A DNA stretch of 64,000 nucleotides, taken from the NCBI RefSeq assembly GCF_001194135.2, contig NC_068982.1, positions 123,737,868 through 123,801,867 on the forward strand. The letters run 5' to 3'. The translations under genes and the position numbers were made by a program. Below the pieces are notes generated by a model. The model saw only the letters and a list, made by a program, of their open reading frames with translations. It searched no databases and was not told where the DNA came from. This stretch comes from Octopus bimaculoides. Taxonomy: Eukaryota. This document shows positions 27,642 through 40,767 of this stretch, piece by piece. Positions within the stretch are counted from its first letter, which is position 1. Each line of letters begins with the position of its first letter.

Positions 27642-28058
27642 ATAAAGTGATAGTATGTTGTCAACTTAATGTGACAGTCCCATGAAAGGGAAGAATGCTA
27701 CTGTTATTTAACCCTAGGAAACACCGTTTCCTGTTGGACTTGAGACATTTCCTATGTCCTTATGTTTTCAAAGTGGAGACAAGCACCTCCACCCAGCAAA
27801 GCCAGCATCCAGAGACTAGTTTCAGAGTCTTTGCTCATCATCATGCTACTCCAGACTGATGATGAGCAATGACTCTGAAACTAGTCTTTGGATGCTGGCT
27901 TTGCTGGGTGGAGGTGCTTGTCTCCACTTTGAAAACATAAGTACACAGGAAATGTGTCAAGTCTAACAGGAAACGGTGTTTCCTAAGGTTAAATAACAGT
28001 AGCGTTCTTCCCTTTCATGGGACTGTCACATTAAGTTGACAACATACTATCACTTTAT
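27642..28058. repeat. 417-bp fold-back palindrome (202-bp arms, 13-nt loop)
   Basis: 27642-27843 versus the reverse complement of 27857-28058: 8 substitutions and no indels by manual alignment. Confidence 0.97.
27850..27892 (+). ncRNA. Candidate minimal type-I hammerhead ribozyme (Penelope pLTR-like)
   Basis: TCCAGA-CTGATGA-T-GAG(CAATGA)CTC-T-GAAA-CTAG-TC|TTTGGA. Stem I UCCAGA/UUUGGA, core CUGAUGA and GAAA, 3-bp stem II, palindromic CUAG helix III, GUC cleavage triplet. Has a non-canonical extra U on each side of stem II. Confidence 0.6.
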
Positions 28059-29466
28059 GGAAGAAGTTTGTTTTGTGTTTGTGTGTGTGTGTGTTCTATT
28101 TTTTAATTATTATAAATCTTCCACTGAGGAGGGAGCCGGTTTCCAATAAAGATACAAGGCTCCATCTTTGGGATGTAGTTAACACAGACAAATTCACATT
28201 TGGAACTTGAAGAAAGTCTTGCATATTTCTACTGTTCCACTCACAGATAGCACTTGTAATGTACAAATTAGCCGATCAATTTCTCTTTCTGAAAATTTCA
28301 GTTTGTCCAGATTCTCCTAGTGATCCAATTATTATTGGTGTATGTATGTATGTATATAAATGCATGCATGTATGTATGTATGTATGTATGTATGTATGTG
28401 TGTGTGTGTATGTATATGCATGCATATGATACATGTATGTGTACATATGTATTTCTGAGTACCCTTCTCTAGACATCACATGGTGGTAGTAAATAAGGAT
28501 CACTGTCATACAATTAATATTGTTTCCAGTCTTTCATGCAAAACATGTCTGGTTATGGGAAAACATTAACTTGCTTGGAAAATATCACTTTCCATCTGAC
28601 CCATGCAAACATGGAAAAGTACATAAGTATCTATTAAAGGACGAGGGTTATATGCCTGAGAAGAACTTGTGTAGATTCTGAGGCAGAATAGATGGGAGAA
28701 TATAAGTGTATATAAGTGTGTTCAGACAAAAACAACCCCAGTATCACCTGCTTCGAAACTGATTACGTCAGCTTCAGTAAGTTGATTAAGTTGGATGTGG
28801 TGGTGGTGGTGATGACGACGACGACGATGACGACGACGACGACGACGACGATGGTGATGATGATGATGATGATATCTTATTCTAAAATCTCAAAACCAAG
28901 AAATACTGAACTGAATGAATCAATCTAGAATTAGGAAATTAGGAAATTCTAGATTTAATGTGTAAAGTTAATTATATGTNNNNNNNNNNNNNNNNNNNNN
29001 NNNNNNNNNNNNNNNNNNNNNNNNNNNNNNNNNNNNNNNNNNNNNNNNNNNNNNNNNNNNNNNNNNNNNNNNNNNNNNNNNNNNNNNNNNNNNNNNNNNN
29101 NNNNNNNNNNNNNNNNNNNNNNNNNNNNNNNNNNNNNNNNNNNNNNNNNNNNNNNNNNNNNNNNNNNNNNNNNNNNNNNNNNNNNNNNNNNNNNNNNNNN
29201 NNNNNNNNNNNNNNNNNNNNNNNNNNNNNNNNNNNNNNNNNNNNNNNNNNNNNNNNNNNNNNNNNNNNNNNNNNNNNNNNNNNNNNNNNNNNNNNNNNNN
29301 NNNNNNNNNNNNNNNNNNNNNNNNNNNNNNNNNNNNNNNNNNNNNNNNNNNNNNNNNNNNNNNNNNNNNNNNNNNNNNNNNNNNNNNNNNNNNNNNNNNN
29401 NNNNNNNNNNNNNNNNNNNNNNNNNNNNNNNNNNNNNNNNNNNNNNNNNNNNNNNNNNNNNNNNNN

Positions 29467-30788
29467 GGTGCAAATTCTAAACAGCAAATACAGAAATGGC
29501 TCCATTAATAACAAATATACAGAAAATTACATAATGCAAAATAATGTACAAATATGTATAAATAATTAAAAAAAAACAGATATATGATAACAGATTAACT
29601 TTATTTATCAAAAAATGCTATGAGGTTAAAAATAAGCCTTCTTTTCTATAATGTTATTCAATAAAGCCACCTTCAGCTTCAACAACTGCTTCTATATGAG
29701 ATCTAAATTTTCTACACACTTGAATCAAGTGGTCCTGGTTCATTTTGGACATTATTCTGACTATGGCAGCTTTCAAAGAATCTTCGGTGTTATGGGCATG
29801 TTCATTGACCTCTCTCTCATGTTCATTGACGCTCCATATGTAATAGTCCAATGGATTGAGATCTTGGGAATTAGGAGGCCAAAGTTTAGGGGTTATGTAA
29901 GCATGAAAATTTTCAGCTATCCATTCCTATGTTACTAGAGCCATTTGTGATAGTGCAGAGTCTTACTGAAACACATATGGCCTTCCATTGCAAACACTGT
30001 CTATCCAAGGCTTAACAATTATTTCCAGGACGTCAATGCAGGCAGCAGAGTTAACTCTAAGGCCCTGTGGAAAGAAGTAAGGAGGCATCACATGTCCTTC
30101 ATTGCTGACAACCCCCAAAACCATGACAGTTGCAGGAAATTTTGTATGCATAACACTTGGAAATTCAGAAGGGTCCGCACATAACCATCTGTCATTTCTT
30201 CTGTTAACTTTTTGATCTTGGTCATCTGAAAAAGACCAAGTTAAATATTCTTCTGCTGGATTTTTCAGTTTGTTTAAGAGCCTTTTAGATCTGATGTAGT
30301 GATCTTCTTTTGCTTTTTCGGACAAATCAACCTTTCCTCATCATATAAGACTTATACCTGATGTCTTCGTGGACAATATTTCTGACTGTTCCTTCTGACA
30401 CGTGGAGATATTTTGCAATTGACCTCATAGATTTTCTAGGATTGTAATCAATGGTTTGTTGAACTTGCTGGATAAATTCAAGTGTTTTGATGATTCCAGA
30501 GTGTTTAGAATGCTTTTTTATGCTTTGATACTGGTGATACGTTTCCATCTTCAGTCTGTAGCTCCTTACAAACTTTGTAGATGAAAGATCTGGCAACTTT
30601 TAAAAATTGAGATATTTCTAAATTGCTATGCTCAACCTTTATAACCACAATAACAGCATGCCTCTTCATTTCTTGAGTAAGCTGAGGGTCTGCCATTATT
30701 ATTTTCGGAAACAAAGATTATACAGAGTTAGCAAAAAATGCAGCAATGATCCAAAAAAGGTATGTCCTCAAATGCTTTATGCACCCTG
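29467..30788 (-). mobile_element. Near full-length (~1.3 kb) decayed Tc1/mariner transposon, DD37D (maT/Bmmar1-like)
   Basis: Minus-strand pieces: HTH (NPRKSMRSIAKYLHVSEGTVRNIVHED), WSFSD, NDRW, HTKFPATVMVLGVVS, FQ*DSA...WPPNSQDLNPLDYYIWS with 37 residues between the 2nd and 3rd D, and C-terminal EAVVEAEGGFIE*. Terminus CAGGGTGCA next to (TA)n at 30789; GGTGCA right after the gap at 29467 fits the other terminus. Has stops and frameshifts. Confidence 0.9.
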
Positions 30789-31059
30789 TATATATATATA
30801 TATACAGGAGTCAACAATTATTGAAAAGGCTGCAAGACACAATGAAAATCTTAGAAAAATAAATAAGTAAATGAATGGAAATTTTACCAGTGAGTGTTTT
30901 AAATTATAAGGCACTAAAAGAGAATGACTCTCCCCAGACACAACAGAATATGCTTCAACACACAAACTCACATAAAGTATCTTGCAAACCAAATCCCAAA
31001 ACGAAATATATATATATACACATATACATCATACAGATATATATATTTATTTATTTATA

Positions 31060-31101
<42 letters not shown>

Positions 31102-34100
31102 CACACATGTATGTATGCCTGTATGTATACACACATGTATGTATGTGTGTATGGGAGCAATTCCTAATAATTTTTAATCATAAATATGCAGTGTCTCTAA
31201 ACATCATATGGCTATTAGGGTCCATCCAAGTAAAATAGGAATCAAAGGGGTCCATAGGTAAAAAAGGATTGGAAACCACTGCATTAGAGCCTGGGATAGA
31301 GAGCCTTCTAGAATTTGCTTTGACTTTTTACTCTCTGAGTTCAAATTCCACCAGTGTAATTTTTGTCTTTTGATGCTGATAAAAAGTATCAATCCACTAT
31401 GAGGGATTATCAAAACAAGACAAAAACAATGGGCCAGATACTTTGTAGTGTTTGTTCCAGCTCTTTGTGTGTTGAGTTCAAATTCCTCCATGGCAGGTGG
31501 TAGATCTAATCTTTCACCCAGTTTAACACCAACACCTGATTAAAGATATGCTTGGTGCCTTTAGTAAAGCCCACTCTACATTACCAAACTCAGAGGCACT
31601 GCCTTCCCCCTTGAATAAAAAGCAATATGTTTTTTTTTAATCACACTTCCATGCTTGGATGGCTTGTAACAAACTGGAAACATTTTCAAATAGTGCTGGT
31701 GGACTAAATTGTTTTAGAAATTCTTGAATCTCAACAGAAAGTAATATGGCTTCATGGCCATGGAGACTTTCCACTACTTGAGCAACCAATTGATTGTCTT
31801 TTAAGTTTTCATGCCTTAAAATTTATGCTTTACTTTTTGATGTCAAAGAAACAATCTGGGCTTATTTATATCTGCCCCTACTTCAGAAGTGTTTCTATTT
31901 TCCCAACTACCAGCCCCTAAATTATATCTGCTATTTTCTGTTACTAGGTCCCAACTGAAACTATCGCTACTATTCTTTCTCTGAACCCCATTCCCATCTG
32001 CTGTCTCTAAATTTCTATGACTTTGCAGTTTTGCAGGCCTGATCCCGACTTCAACTCCAAGTATGAAGAGATATGACATCTTTTCTTCAACTGAACATGA
32101 TGCACTTTAGCTAAAGAAGAAATACTGCACTCCTCAGAGTTCAAACTATGAATCATATCTCATACTCTCCTACCCTCAACATGAATACTTACAAAATCAC
32201 ATCCCAAACTTCTTTATCCTCCAAAATTAAAGTGCTGACTCCTCTTAATTTTCATTTTCTAGTTTCTGACCTCTTTACAGTACCACCTCTCTTCTTCAAA
32301 GAAGATAAAAATGTTCACACTCTTTTAGTTAGAAATTCCCCAATCTCCATCCACACTCAAGATATCACATCTTCAAGTGCATTCACTATATATACCACAA
32401 AAATCACTGGCCCTTTATCCCATTATTATATCAACAAAAGCTTTAGCTGTATATATTCTAATGTTGTATACTGATTTACAAACAATCTCTGTGTGCTCTA
32501 CATTCTGGCAAAGCAAGATATTATTCAGGTGACTGATCCAATGGATATTTTCACAGCATTCTCCAATTCATACAAGGTCAGTCTGTGATCTACGAGTTCA
32601 ATACACTTGTTCATACTATTAACCACCTTACCTCTCAATCTTCAATATTTCCATGCAGTTTGGAGCATCACACTCCAGAAAATGCTGAGTAAAATGTATT
32701 ATCTTTTCTATTGACTCATCTCATAAATTCTTAAATGACTATCTCTCCACTTCCTGCTCCCTCACATCCCTGTATAACTATTTATTTTGAAAATGTTACA
32801 ACAAGATATATAAACAAACATTTTAGTTTTACAAGTAAAAATATAATACAAAACAACCAACAGAACAAGAAAAAAATTAAATGTTTTTTTGACTCCACCT
32901 TAACTTATAATAATAGGTTAATACAAAAAGCAGAAAATCCATCTGGTTAGAATGTGCTTATCTCATCTTTGTCAAATATGAAACTAGAAAAGGACTAAGA
33001 ATTAGATGCTTTCACTTCCAAAGAAGTTATTCTTCTTACTGATGTGCTATGATTTTATTTTTCTTTGCGGGTATTTAGAAACCTCTAGGGTAGTGAAGAT
33101 TCCCCAACCAGAAAAAGTAGGAAATCAGAAGATGACGGCAGCTGTGATATCTTGTAAAATTAGGTGAAGCATATCCAGTCTAGTACAAAGGCAATGGTAG
33201 AATTCAAGAATGGTGCATCTTCTGCCATTCATCTTTTAGACAGTATTCTTATTCTCTCTCTCTCTCTCTCTCTCTCTTTCCCTTTTTCGTTTGGTTATTG
33301 AGCTACAAAGCCATGATGACTGACTCCATACAGGAAGTATTTAGCTTTTCTGATTTATTCTTTAGTATTGTATGTGTAATGTTGTGTGAAATAGAAAGAT
33401 AATAGTAAAAAACCCTTTTATGTGACCTAAAAAAAAGTTACTGTACCAGGCTTTTTAGGGAGCCCTAACACGGTCATTCTACTTAATAGAAATAGCAGCA
33501 AAATATCTCACAAAACCCACTCAACCATTTTAAATATAGAAAGAAAACATAATGGGGCACCTCATACCCCTAAAAAAAAAATCAAATGGTCATGGCTGGA
33601 ATGCCTACCTTTAATCATAGGTCTTCTCAATTAGAGCTGACCTGGGGTTAAATAACAACAACATCTATCTTCTTTAGGGCCTGAAGATTCTTCAGACTCC
33701 AAAATTATAGATAAAACTTAACTGAAGCCCTCAATGCTATATTATTCCCATACAGGGCTGTTTTAACAGTATTATAGACCCTTAGACAAATCCTTACACT
33801 GGGACCTATTGATCTCTAGATCCATGATGCTTCTAGGCAACTGCTTGCTTCCTACATTCAGATTTCTTTGTCAAATTTAATGGCTATTTATTCACATTGT
33901 TTTGAATTAATCATGCATTATCTTTTAGCTTCAAGATTTCAATGGCGTGTGTGTATATTTTTAGAATGACATTGAAGGGCAGGTGTGAGAGGTTGGATCT
34001 GGTCACAGTTTTAACATAAAACAGGTAGAACATTTTGGGTTGGATATGGCCAGATTAAATGCTAAAGAATTAAAATCACTTACACGCATGTCCCAGCCTC

Positions 34101-36729
34101 TTTCTCATGGGCATATCATTTCTTCTCTCTGCCTCTGCTACTGCTAGTGCAATGGTTTTTGTTCCTGAGCAGGTTGGGCTCATATCATCTGAACTCCTAT
34201 TTGTCTCTTTTTTTTTTTCCCTTCACTTTTGTTGTATCCAGCCCATAGGTCTTATATTAATCAGTATGTCCAGTCCTTCTTCCCCAAAATGTCATCCCCC
34301 CCTGGAGTTCCCTCCCTGCTCATGTCTTCTTTGCAGGTGTTTGCTTACAAAGGTCCAAGAGAAACATTAACGGCACCGATTTCACCTGTCTAGAAGATCC
34401 TGCAAAGACCATGAGTACTGCCCCTTCCTCCAGATCCAGCAAATAAAAATTTTAAAAAAACCTTTGTGACGCTATCACATATTGTGTGTGTGTGTGTGTG
34501 TGTGTGTGTGGAGAGAGAGCAAATGTCATGATTTTACTGTTTTCTCCATGTCACATCAACTATAGTAATCATCACATGCTTAGTTTTCATTGTAACATGT
34601 AATATTGGTTTGGCCTTCACCTTAGTCAAACTAACTAGTTCTTGATTAAATGAAATAGTTCTTGAGACTGTTAACCTCATTTGTTCAGCTTCACAAAACA
34701 GAAACAGTAGGAGGAACAACAACTAAAAGAACAATTCCATTCTTATTAGAAATTATTCATTTCAAAACTCGAGGCATATAATCACCAAATTCTAGTTTTG
34801 GAGTAATATTTTATCTTTTTTATCTTTTATTTGTTTTAGTCATTGGACTATGGTCATGCTGGGGCACTACCTTGAAGGATTTACTCAGACAAATCAACCC
34901 CAATGCTTATGTTTTTTAAGCTGGGTGTTTATTCTAGTAGTCTCTTTTGCCAAACCACTAAGTTACAGGGATGTAAACAAACCAACACTAGTTGTTGAGC
35001 CATGATGGATGGTGGGGACAAAGACAAACACATACGTATGTGTATGTATGTATGTATGTATGTATGTATGTATGTATACATATATATATTCATATATATA
35101 TATATACAAAGGTCTTCTTTCGGTTTCCATCAACCAAAACTGCTCACAAGGCTTCAGTTTGCCTGATGCTATAGTAGATGATACTTGCCTAAAGTGCCAT
35201 GCAGTAGGACTGAACATGGAACTATGTGGTTAAGAAGCAAATTGCCTGCACCTACACCATGCCTGCACCTACACATATAATTCACTCTCAAAACATTAGT
35301 TGACCTGGGGCTATATTAGAAGACACTTGCTCAAAGTTGCCCACATTGGGACCGAATCTAAAACTATATGCTTATGAAGTGAACTTCTTAACCACACAGC
35401 CATGCCTGTGTTTATTAAAAAAGCAGAAGTGAGTCAATGTCTTTCTGTTTAAATTATCATTTATGTTCTCAATCTTCCATATCTTTTTCTCATTTACAAA
35501 TGCTTTCTCGGTTTCTATTTTCTCTTAAAGAATTACCATTCTCAATTCTTTATCACTTCTAAATCTACAAAACAATATACAAAGGAAATTTGATTGTGTC
35601 AAGGCAGTTTAGTCTTCAATGAAAAATGGTTAATGCTTGTTAAAAAAAATGTTAACCATCAACTGGCTGCAATTTCCCACTAAAATGTATCTGTATTGTT
35701 TGAGTCTACTGCTGTTGTGAATGTAGTCATAGCTAATTTCAGTTTTTTATTATCTAAGCATTTTTTTTTTTGTTGAGTGACAAACAATTGATAAATTCAG
35801 CAGACAATATAATTATTTCTACATACAAAAGAGACATATGAATGTCTATGTTGTTAAGTAGCTTGCTTCACAATCACATGGTTCTGGGTTCAGTCCTACT
35901 ACATGGTACCTTAGGTAAATGTCTTCTACTATAGCCTCAAGCCAACCGAAGCCTTGCATGTAGCTTTGGAAGAGAGAAACTGATAAAGGGTTATAATATA
36001 TATATATATATATATATATANNNNNNNNNNNNNNNNNNNNNNNNNNNNNNNNNNNNNNNNNNNNNNNNNNNNNNNNNNNNNNNNNNNNNNNNNNNNNNNN
36101 NNNNNNNNNNNNNNNNNNNNNNNNNNNNNNNNNNNNNNNNNNNNNNNNNNNNNNNNNNNNNNNNNNNNNNNNNNNNNNNNNNNNNNNNNNNNNNNNNNNN
36201 NNNNNNNNNNNNNNNNNNNNNNNNNNNNNNNNNNNNNNNNNNNNNNNNNNNNNNNNNNNNNNNNNNNNNNNNNNNNNNNNNNNNNNNNNNNNNNNNNNNN
36301 NNNNNNNNNNNNNNNNNNNNNNNNNNNNNNNNNNNNNNNNNNNNNNNNNNNNNNNNNNNNNNNNNNNNNNNNNNNNNNNNNNNNNNNNNNNNNNNNNNNN
36401 NNNNNNNNNNNNNNNNNNNNNTTCAGGGCTATTTCTCTTCGTCATGGCCGGTATGACAGACTTTAACTTCATCTACATTCAATACTTTCTTTCATGGTGC
36501 CATCCATTTTTATTTTATTTTATTTTATATTATATATTGTATATTATATTATATATTGTATATTCCATATTCTATACCCCACATTGGTTCTGCAGGAATA
36601 TAAATAAAACATAAAAAACAGACAGTGTTGGAACTCTTTTAAACAAAATAATATATTCCTCTATACACAATCATACAAAAAACCCACCTTTTTTGTATTT
36701 ATTTTTACTCGCATATATATACATATATA

Positions 36730-36765
<36 letters not shown>

Positions 36766-37097
36766 TGTATGTATGTATGTATGTATGCATACCTATGTAT
36801 GTGTTTCTGTGTTTATGTTTGTCCACACACACACACTGCTTGACAACCAGTATTGGCTTGTTTACATCCCTCTAACTTAGTGGTTCAACAAGAAAGACTT
36901 ATACAGTAAGTGCTAGGTTTAAAGAATAAGTATTAAGGGGTCAATTTGTTTAACTAAAATTCAAGGCAGTGCCCCAGCATGGCCACAGTCTAATGACTGA
37001 AACAAGTAAAATACAAAGATATATATATAAATATGTGTGTGTGTGTGTGCACGTGTGCGTGTGTGTGCGTGTGTGTGTGTGTATGTGTGTGTGTGTG

Positions 37098-37440
37098 TGA
37101 GTAGCTTCTCCACAGCATCTGTCACAAGACTGAGCTTATTGATGGTGCTTTGTGAAGGACCAAGTTCTGCCGGCAATGTATGAGTGCTTGTGCTTGGTTG
37201 TTGTTCAACCATTTCAAACAAAGCCTTGTCTTCCACAACAGAAAGTTCCCTTGACCTTGGTTTGTCTTCGAGACTGGTTTCACCTTCCTTGAAATGCCTG
37301 AGCCAATTTTGTCCCACTCATTCATTGACAGTTCGTGGGCTTTATACATCATTAATTTCTTATTCTGCTGCCCCTACACTCAGTCCTTTCTTCCACAGGT
37401 AGCATAAAATGGCTCTAATTGTAATTTTTTCTCCCCTCAT
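37098..37440 (-). mobile_element. Mariner transposase N-terminal (HTH) remnant
   Basis: Minus strand MRGEKITIRAILCYLWKKGLSVGAAE*EINDV*SPRTVNE*VGQNWLRHFKEGETSLEDKPRS...EQQPSTSTHTLPAELGPSQSTIN, a typical mariner paired-like DNA-binding region. Has three stops and ends at a (CA)n tract. Confidence 0.85.
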
Positions 37441-37851
37441 TATCAAGTCTGTAAAATAAAGAATAAATAATTAATGCTTATGTTATATATGCAAAGAAAG
37501 AATGGTGGTGGTGGAGGGGGAATTGGCACAAACTGAAAAGCAGGAGATGATTCATTACAAACTTATCTAATCTATGCCAACATGGAAAGAAAAATGCTAA
37601 AAAGATGCTACTAGTGCAAATTATCATGATGAGATTATTTATTATGATGAGAAAAGGAAAAAGAGTATGCATCTGCATATACACACATACAATGAACCAA
37701 TGAAGAAACTTCTACAAGGTCACTCAGTCTGCTAAAAATGGCAGCCACATCACTCTCTTGTATTTCACTGTGCCATCTTAAAAAATATAAAAGACATACT
37801 GGATAATGTAATCCTAGATATACACTATGCACCAATTCAATAAGGAGTTTA

Positions 37852-38170
37852 GCATATGTGTAGGTGCCCATCAGGGTTCAGTCCTCAACCCTCTTCTGTT
37901 TATTATAGTTTTCTAGGCCATAACAGATGAATTCAACACTGGCTGGCCATGAACACTCGTTTGATGACAATCTAGTTTTTATAGCTAAATTATTTGAAGT
38001 AGATGTAAAATACCAAACATGGAAGCAAGAACTGGCATCAAAAGATCTAAAGGTCAAAAGAGCAAAAGATAAAAGTTTTAATTTGGAGGAAAGAAATTAA
38101 ACATTATTACCAACCAAGAAGTTTGGCCATGTTTGATTTGCAGAAAGGGAAAAGGAGGAACTCTATAGTG
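37852..38170 (+). mobile_element. RTE-clade LINE RT remnant
   Basis: VGAHQGSVLNPLLFIIVF*AITDEFNTGWP*...DDNLVFIA, then WPCLICRKG; same family as 17371-17755. Confidence 0.75.
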
Positions 38171-38194
38171 TTATTATCAGTTCGAATCTGCTTG

Positions 38195-39250
38195 ACTGGC
38201 AGTACTAGATGGTGGCTCACCATAAGTAAATTATGGAAGGAGAGCGCTAAGCAGTGATATATGAAATTGCAATGTTGTTATCAGTCTGAATATGTTTGAT
38301 GCATGTTCGAACTGGGGAACAAGCTATTCACTGTTCTTTGTCACAAGGAATATGTCTTGCTTGTTGATAAATGGTGTGTATACACCAAGATCAACTCGCA
38401 GTGCCAACTATCTAGACCAGTGTTTCCTAACCTATTTTCCCCCAGGTCCATACTATAGTTTTCCAGAAAAGACGCCTGCTCTAATGGTGGTTGAAAAAAA
38501 AAATTTATTTTTAATATTCTATCACAGTTATTTCATACAAAAGTATCTACCAATAACTCTTTTAAGTACTGAGTACCAAAAAAGAGTACACTATTGACTA
38601 AGAAAAAAAAGTGAATCTCTTTAATGAGAACCTTGTGCCTGGTGACTGTGGCAGATTTCTTTGATTTGAGAAGACAATTTTGCTTGCTTCAGCTGTAGCA
38701 TTGGAACAGCACTATACTGTAGCAAACAGTCTTCACACGGTATGCTTGGCTGGAGGGATTGGTTTGGCTAGGATGAGTATAAGTGTAGTATGTTTGCTGT
38801 GAAAAAAAAATTTTCACAATTCCATGTTCCACTTAAAAAAAAAAAAAAAAAGAAATTTTGGATCCCATGCCCCACTACAAATTTCCCAAGCTCCACCGGT
38901 GGGGCATATTCCCCATGTTGGGAATCACTGACCTAGACTGTGAGATGTTAACATTTCAGAGTAATTGTCTCCTCATTGGTCACAGACACTGAGCAGATGG
39001 CACTGCAAGCTGAATTAAGAGATTACCTCTCTTATGTTTGATGAGTGGCAGCACTATATGGCGGCTCACTGTGTGTAAATTACAGAGGGGGAGTGCTAAG
39101 CAGTGATAAGTGAAATTGCAATGTGAAATTAGTGAAATTGCAATTATTAATCCAAATATTCTTGATGCATATTCGAACTGGGGAACAAGCTACTCACTGT
39201 GTTTTGCCATGGAGAATATATTTCACTTGTTGACAAATGGTGTGTATATG
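38195..39250. repeat. Diverged ~190-bp direct duplication (38195-38380 and 39045-39250)
   Basis: Shared blocks GCTAAGCAGTGATA, TGAAATTGCAATGT, GATGCAT.TTCGAACTGGGGAACAAGCTA.TCACTGT and AAATGGTGTGTATA. Confidence 0.85.
38418..38930. mobile_element. 513-bp non-autonomous hAT (Charlie-like) element
   Basis: TIRs CAGTGTTTCCTAAC / GTTGGGAATCACTG. TSD ATCTAGAC (38410-38417) / ACCTAGAC (38931-38938) resembles the NTCTAGAN target known for Charlie elements. Confidence 0.8.
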
Positions 39251-39762
39251 CATGATCAACATCATGATTCAACATCCATTTTCCATGCTTGCATGGAGTG
39301 GAAGGTTTAACAGGAATATAACTTAAAGTACCAAAATTAGAAGCCTTAACCAAACGAGCTTGGATTTCACACACACCAATATATACACACACACATTTAT
39401 ATCCATGATAATTTACAGCTAATATTTTATCATCAACTAAGGTGGTGAGCTGGTAGAATTGTTAGCACACCTGGCAAAATACTTAGCAGCATCTCATCCA
39501 TCTGTATGTTCTGAGTCCAAATTCCTCTGAGGTTGACTTTGCCTTTCATCTTTTCAGGGTCAATAAAATAAGTACCAGTTGAATACTGAGGTCGAGAAAA
39601 TCGACTTATCCCCCAATCTGAAGTTACTGGCCTAGTGCCAAAATTTGAAATTATATTATATTATCAACTCATCTTTATTTAACAAGTTCATACCATATAT
39701 TTGATTCTATTTATCTGTGCATGTGTCTATACATACATACATACATACATACATACATACAT

Positions 39763-39797
<35 letters not shown>

Positions 39798-40673
39798 TGC
39801 ATACATATGTGTTTATTTATAGCCAATGATATATCATCATCCCTTTCTCTTTATTTAACATGTTGCCCCTTTCATTAAATAAGTTGTTGAAATGTTGAGT
39901 AGAAAAATTACTAATAAAGAAGTCTATGTAAAGAGGATTTTTTAAAAAATCAAACATCAGCAGAAACAAGGAACTAAATGAGAAAATAACATCTAATAAT
40001 TTCTTTTAAAGTTTTTTGTTTTTGCATTTTTGTTTGTTTTGTTTTTTTGTTTTGTTTTGGGTTATCATGAGCAATTAAGTTGTAAGCATTACTTTGGGCC
40101 TCACATGCATATCACACAGAGCTCCTTTTTTCTTTTTCATTCAGATGGCAATAATTTCAATTTCTTCAAGATCTAACAAAGTAAAATAAGCTTCAATGTT
40201 GAATCTGGTTGTTATTATATGATTTGTTAAAAAAAAAAAAAGAAAAGAAAAAGAATTGAAAAAGAAAAAAAAATTAACTGTTCTTACAGCAGACCATCTT
40301 GAACTTCATTATCATCATCTCGACACACACCCTTCCATGAAGACATGTAGACATCTGTTGCATTAAAACTTCAGAGTGGTTAGCAACAAAAGAAATTGTG
40401 ATAAATGGGAAGATTTAGGGTTCTATGAACTAATATGTGTAGTTTGCATGATGAAGTGAAATGGCAGTGAGAACAGGATTGAGGTCAGGCAGGAAGTCAT
40501 ACATGATAGATAAGAGAAAAGGGAAGCCATAATGGTCTTTTCTTCTTCCCATCTCTTCTTTTTTTTTTTTCATCACTTTAGTCATCTTCATTTTCTAAAG
40601 GTTTGAAATCATATTATTCTATTATCTTAAGTACTGCAGTCATTATACACTCCATTATGAAAGAATGGTGGGG

Positions 40674-40767
40674 CAGTGAGAAATTGTTGAAAAAGGAATC
40701 TTACAGCCAAACTTTGATTCAGTGAGAAATTGTTGAAAAAACGGAATCTTACAGCCAAACTTTGATT
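40674..40767. repeat. 46/48-bp tandem duplication
   Basis: CAGTGAGAAATTGTTGAAAAA(AC)GGAATCTTACAGCCAAACTTTGATT occurs twice. Confidence 0.95.

Noticed and set aside
28740-28790. TTCGAAAC next to a CTGA-TTACG-TCAG hairpin, a possible third hammerhead
   Set aside because: No CUGAUGA core in the right order on either strand and no stem I.
31840-32720. Non-microsatellite stretch that might be a minus-strand LINE
   Set aside because: No convincing RT or endonuclease motif recovered by eye; needs a profile-HMM search.
36422-36472. MKLKSVIPAMTKRNSPE, resembling the start of the DD37D transposase at 51283-52066
   Set aside because: Only 17 codons before a gap, and I found no CAGGGTG terminus nearby.
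37381-37405. CTTTCTTCCACAG|GTAGCA as a recursive splice site
   Set aside because: The donor part is weak and it lies antisense inside a mariner remnant; no transcript support is available.
40080-40560. Unique-looking segment with CAGGAAGT and GATA motifs (enhancer-like)
   Set aside because: Short motifs are expected by chance in 64 kb; no conservation or chromatin data.
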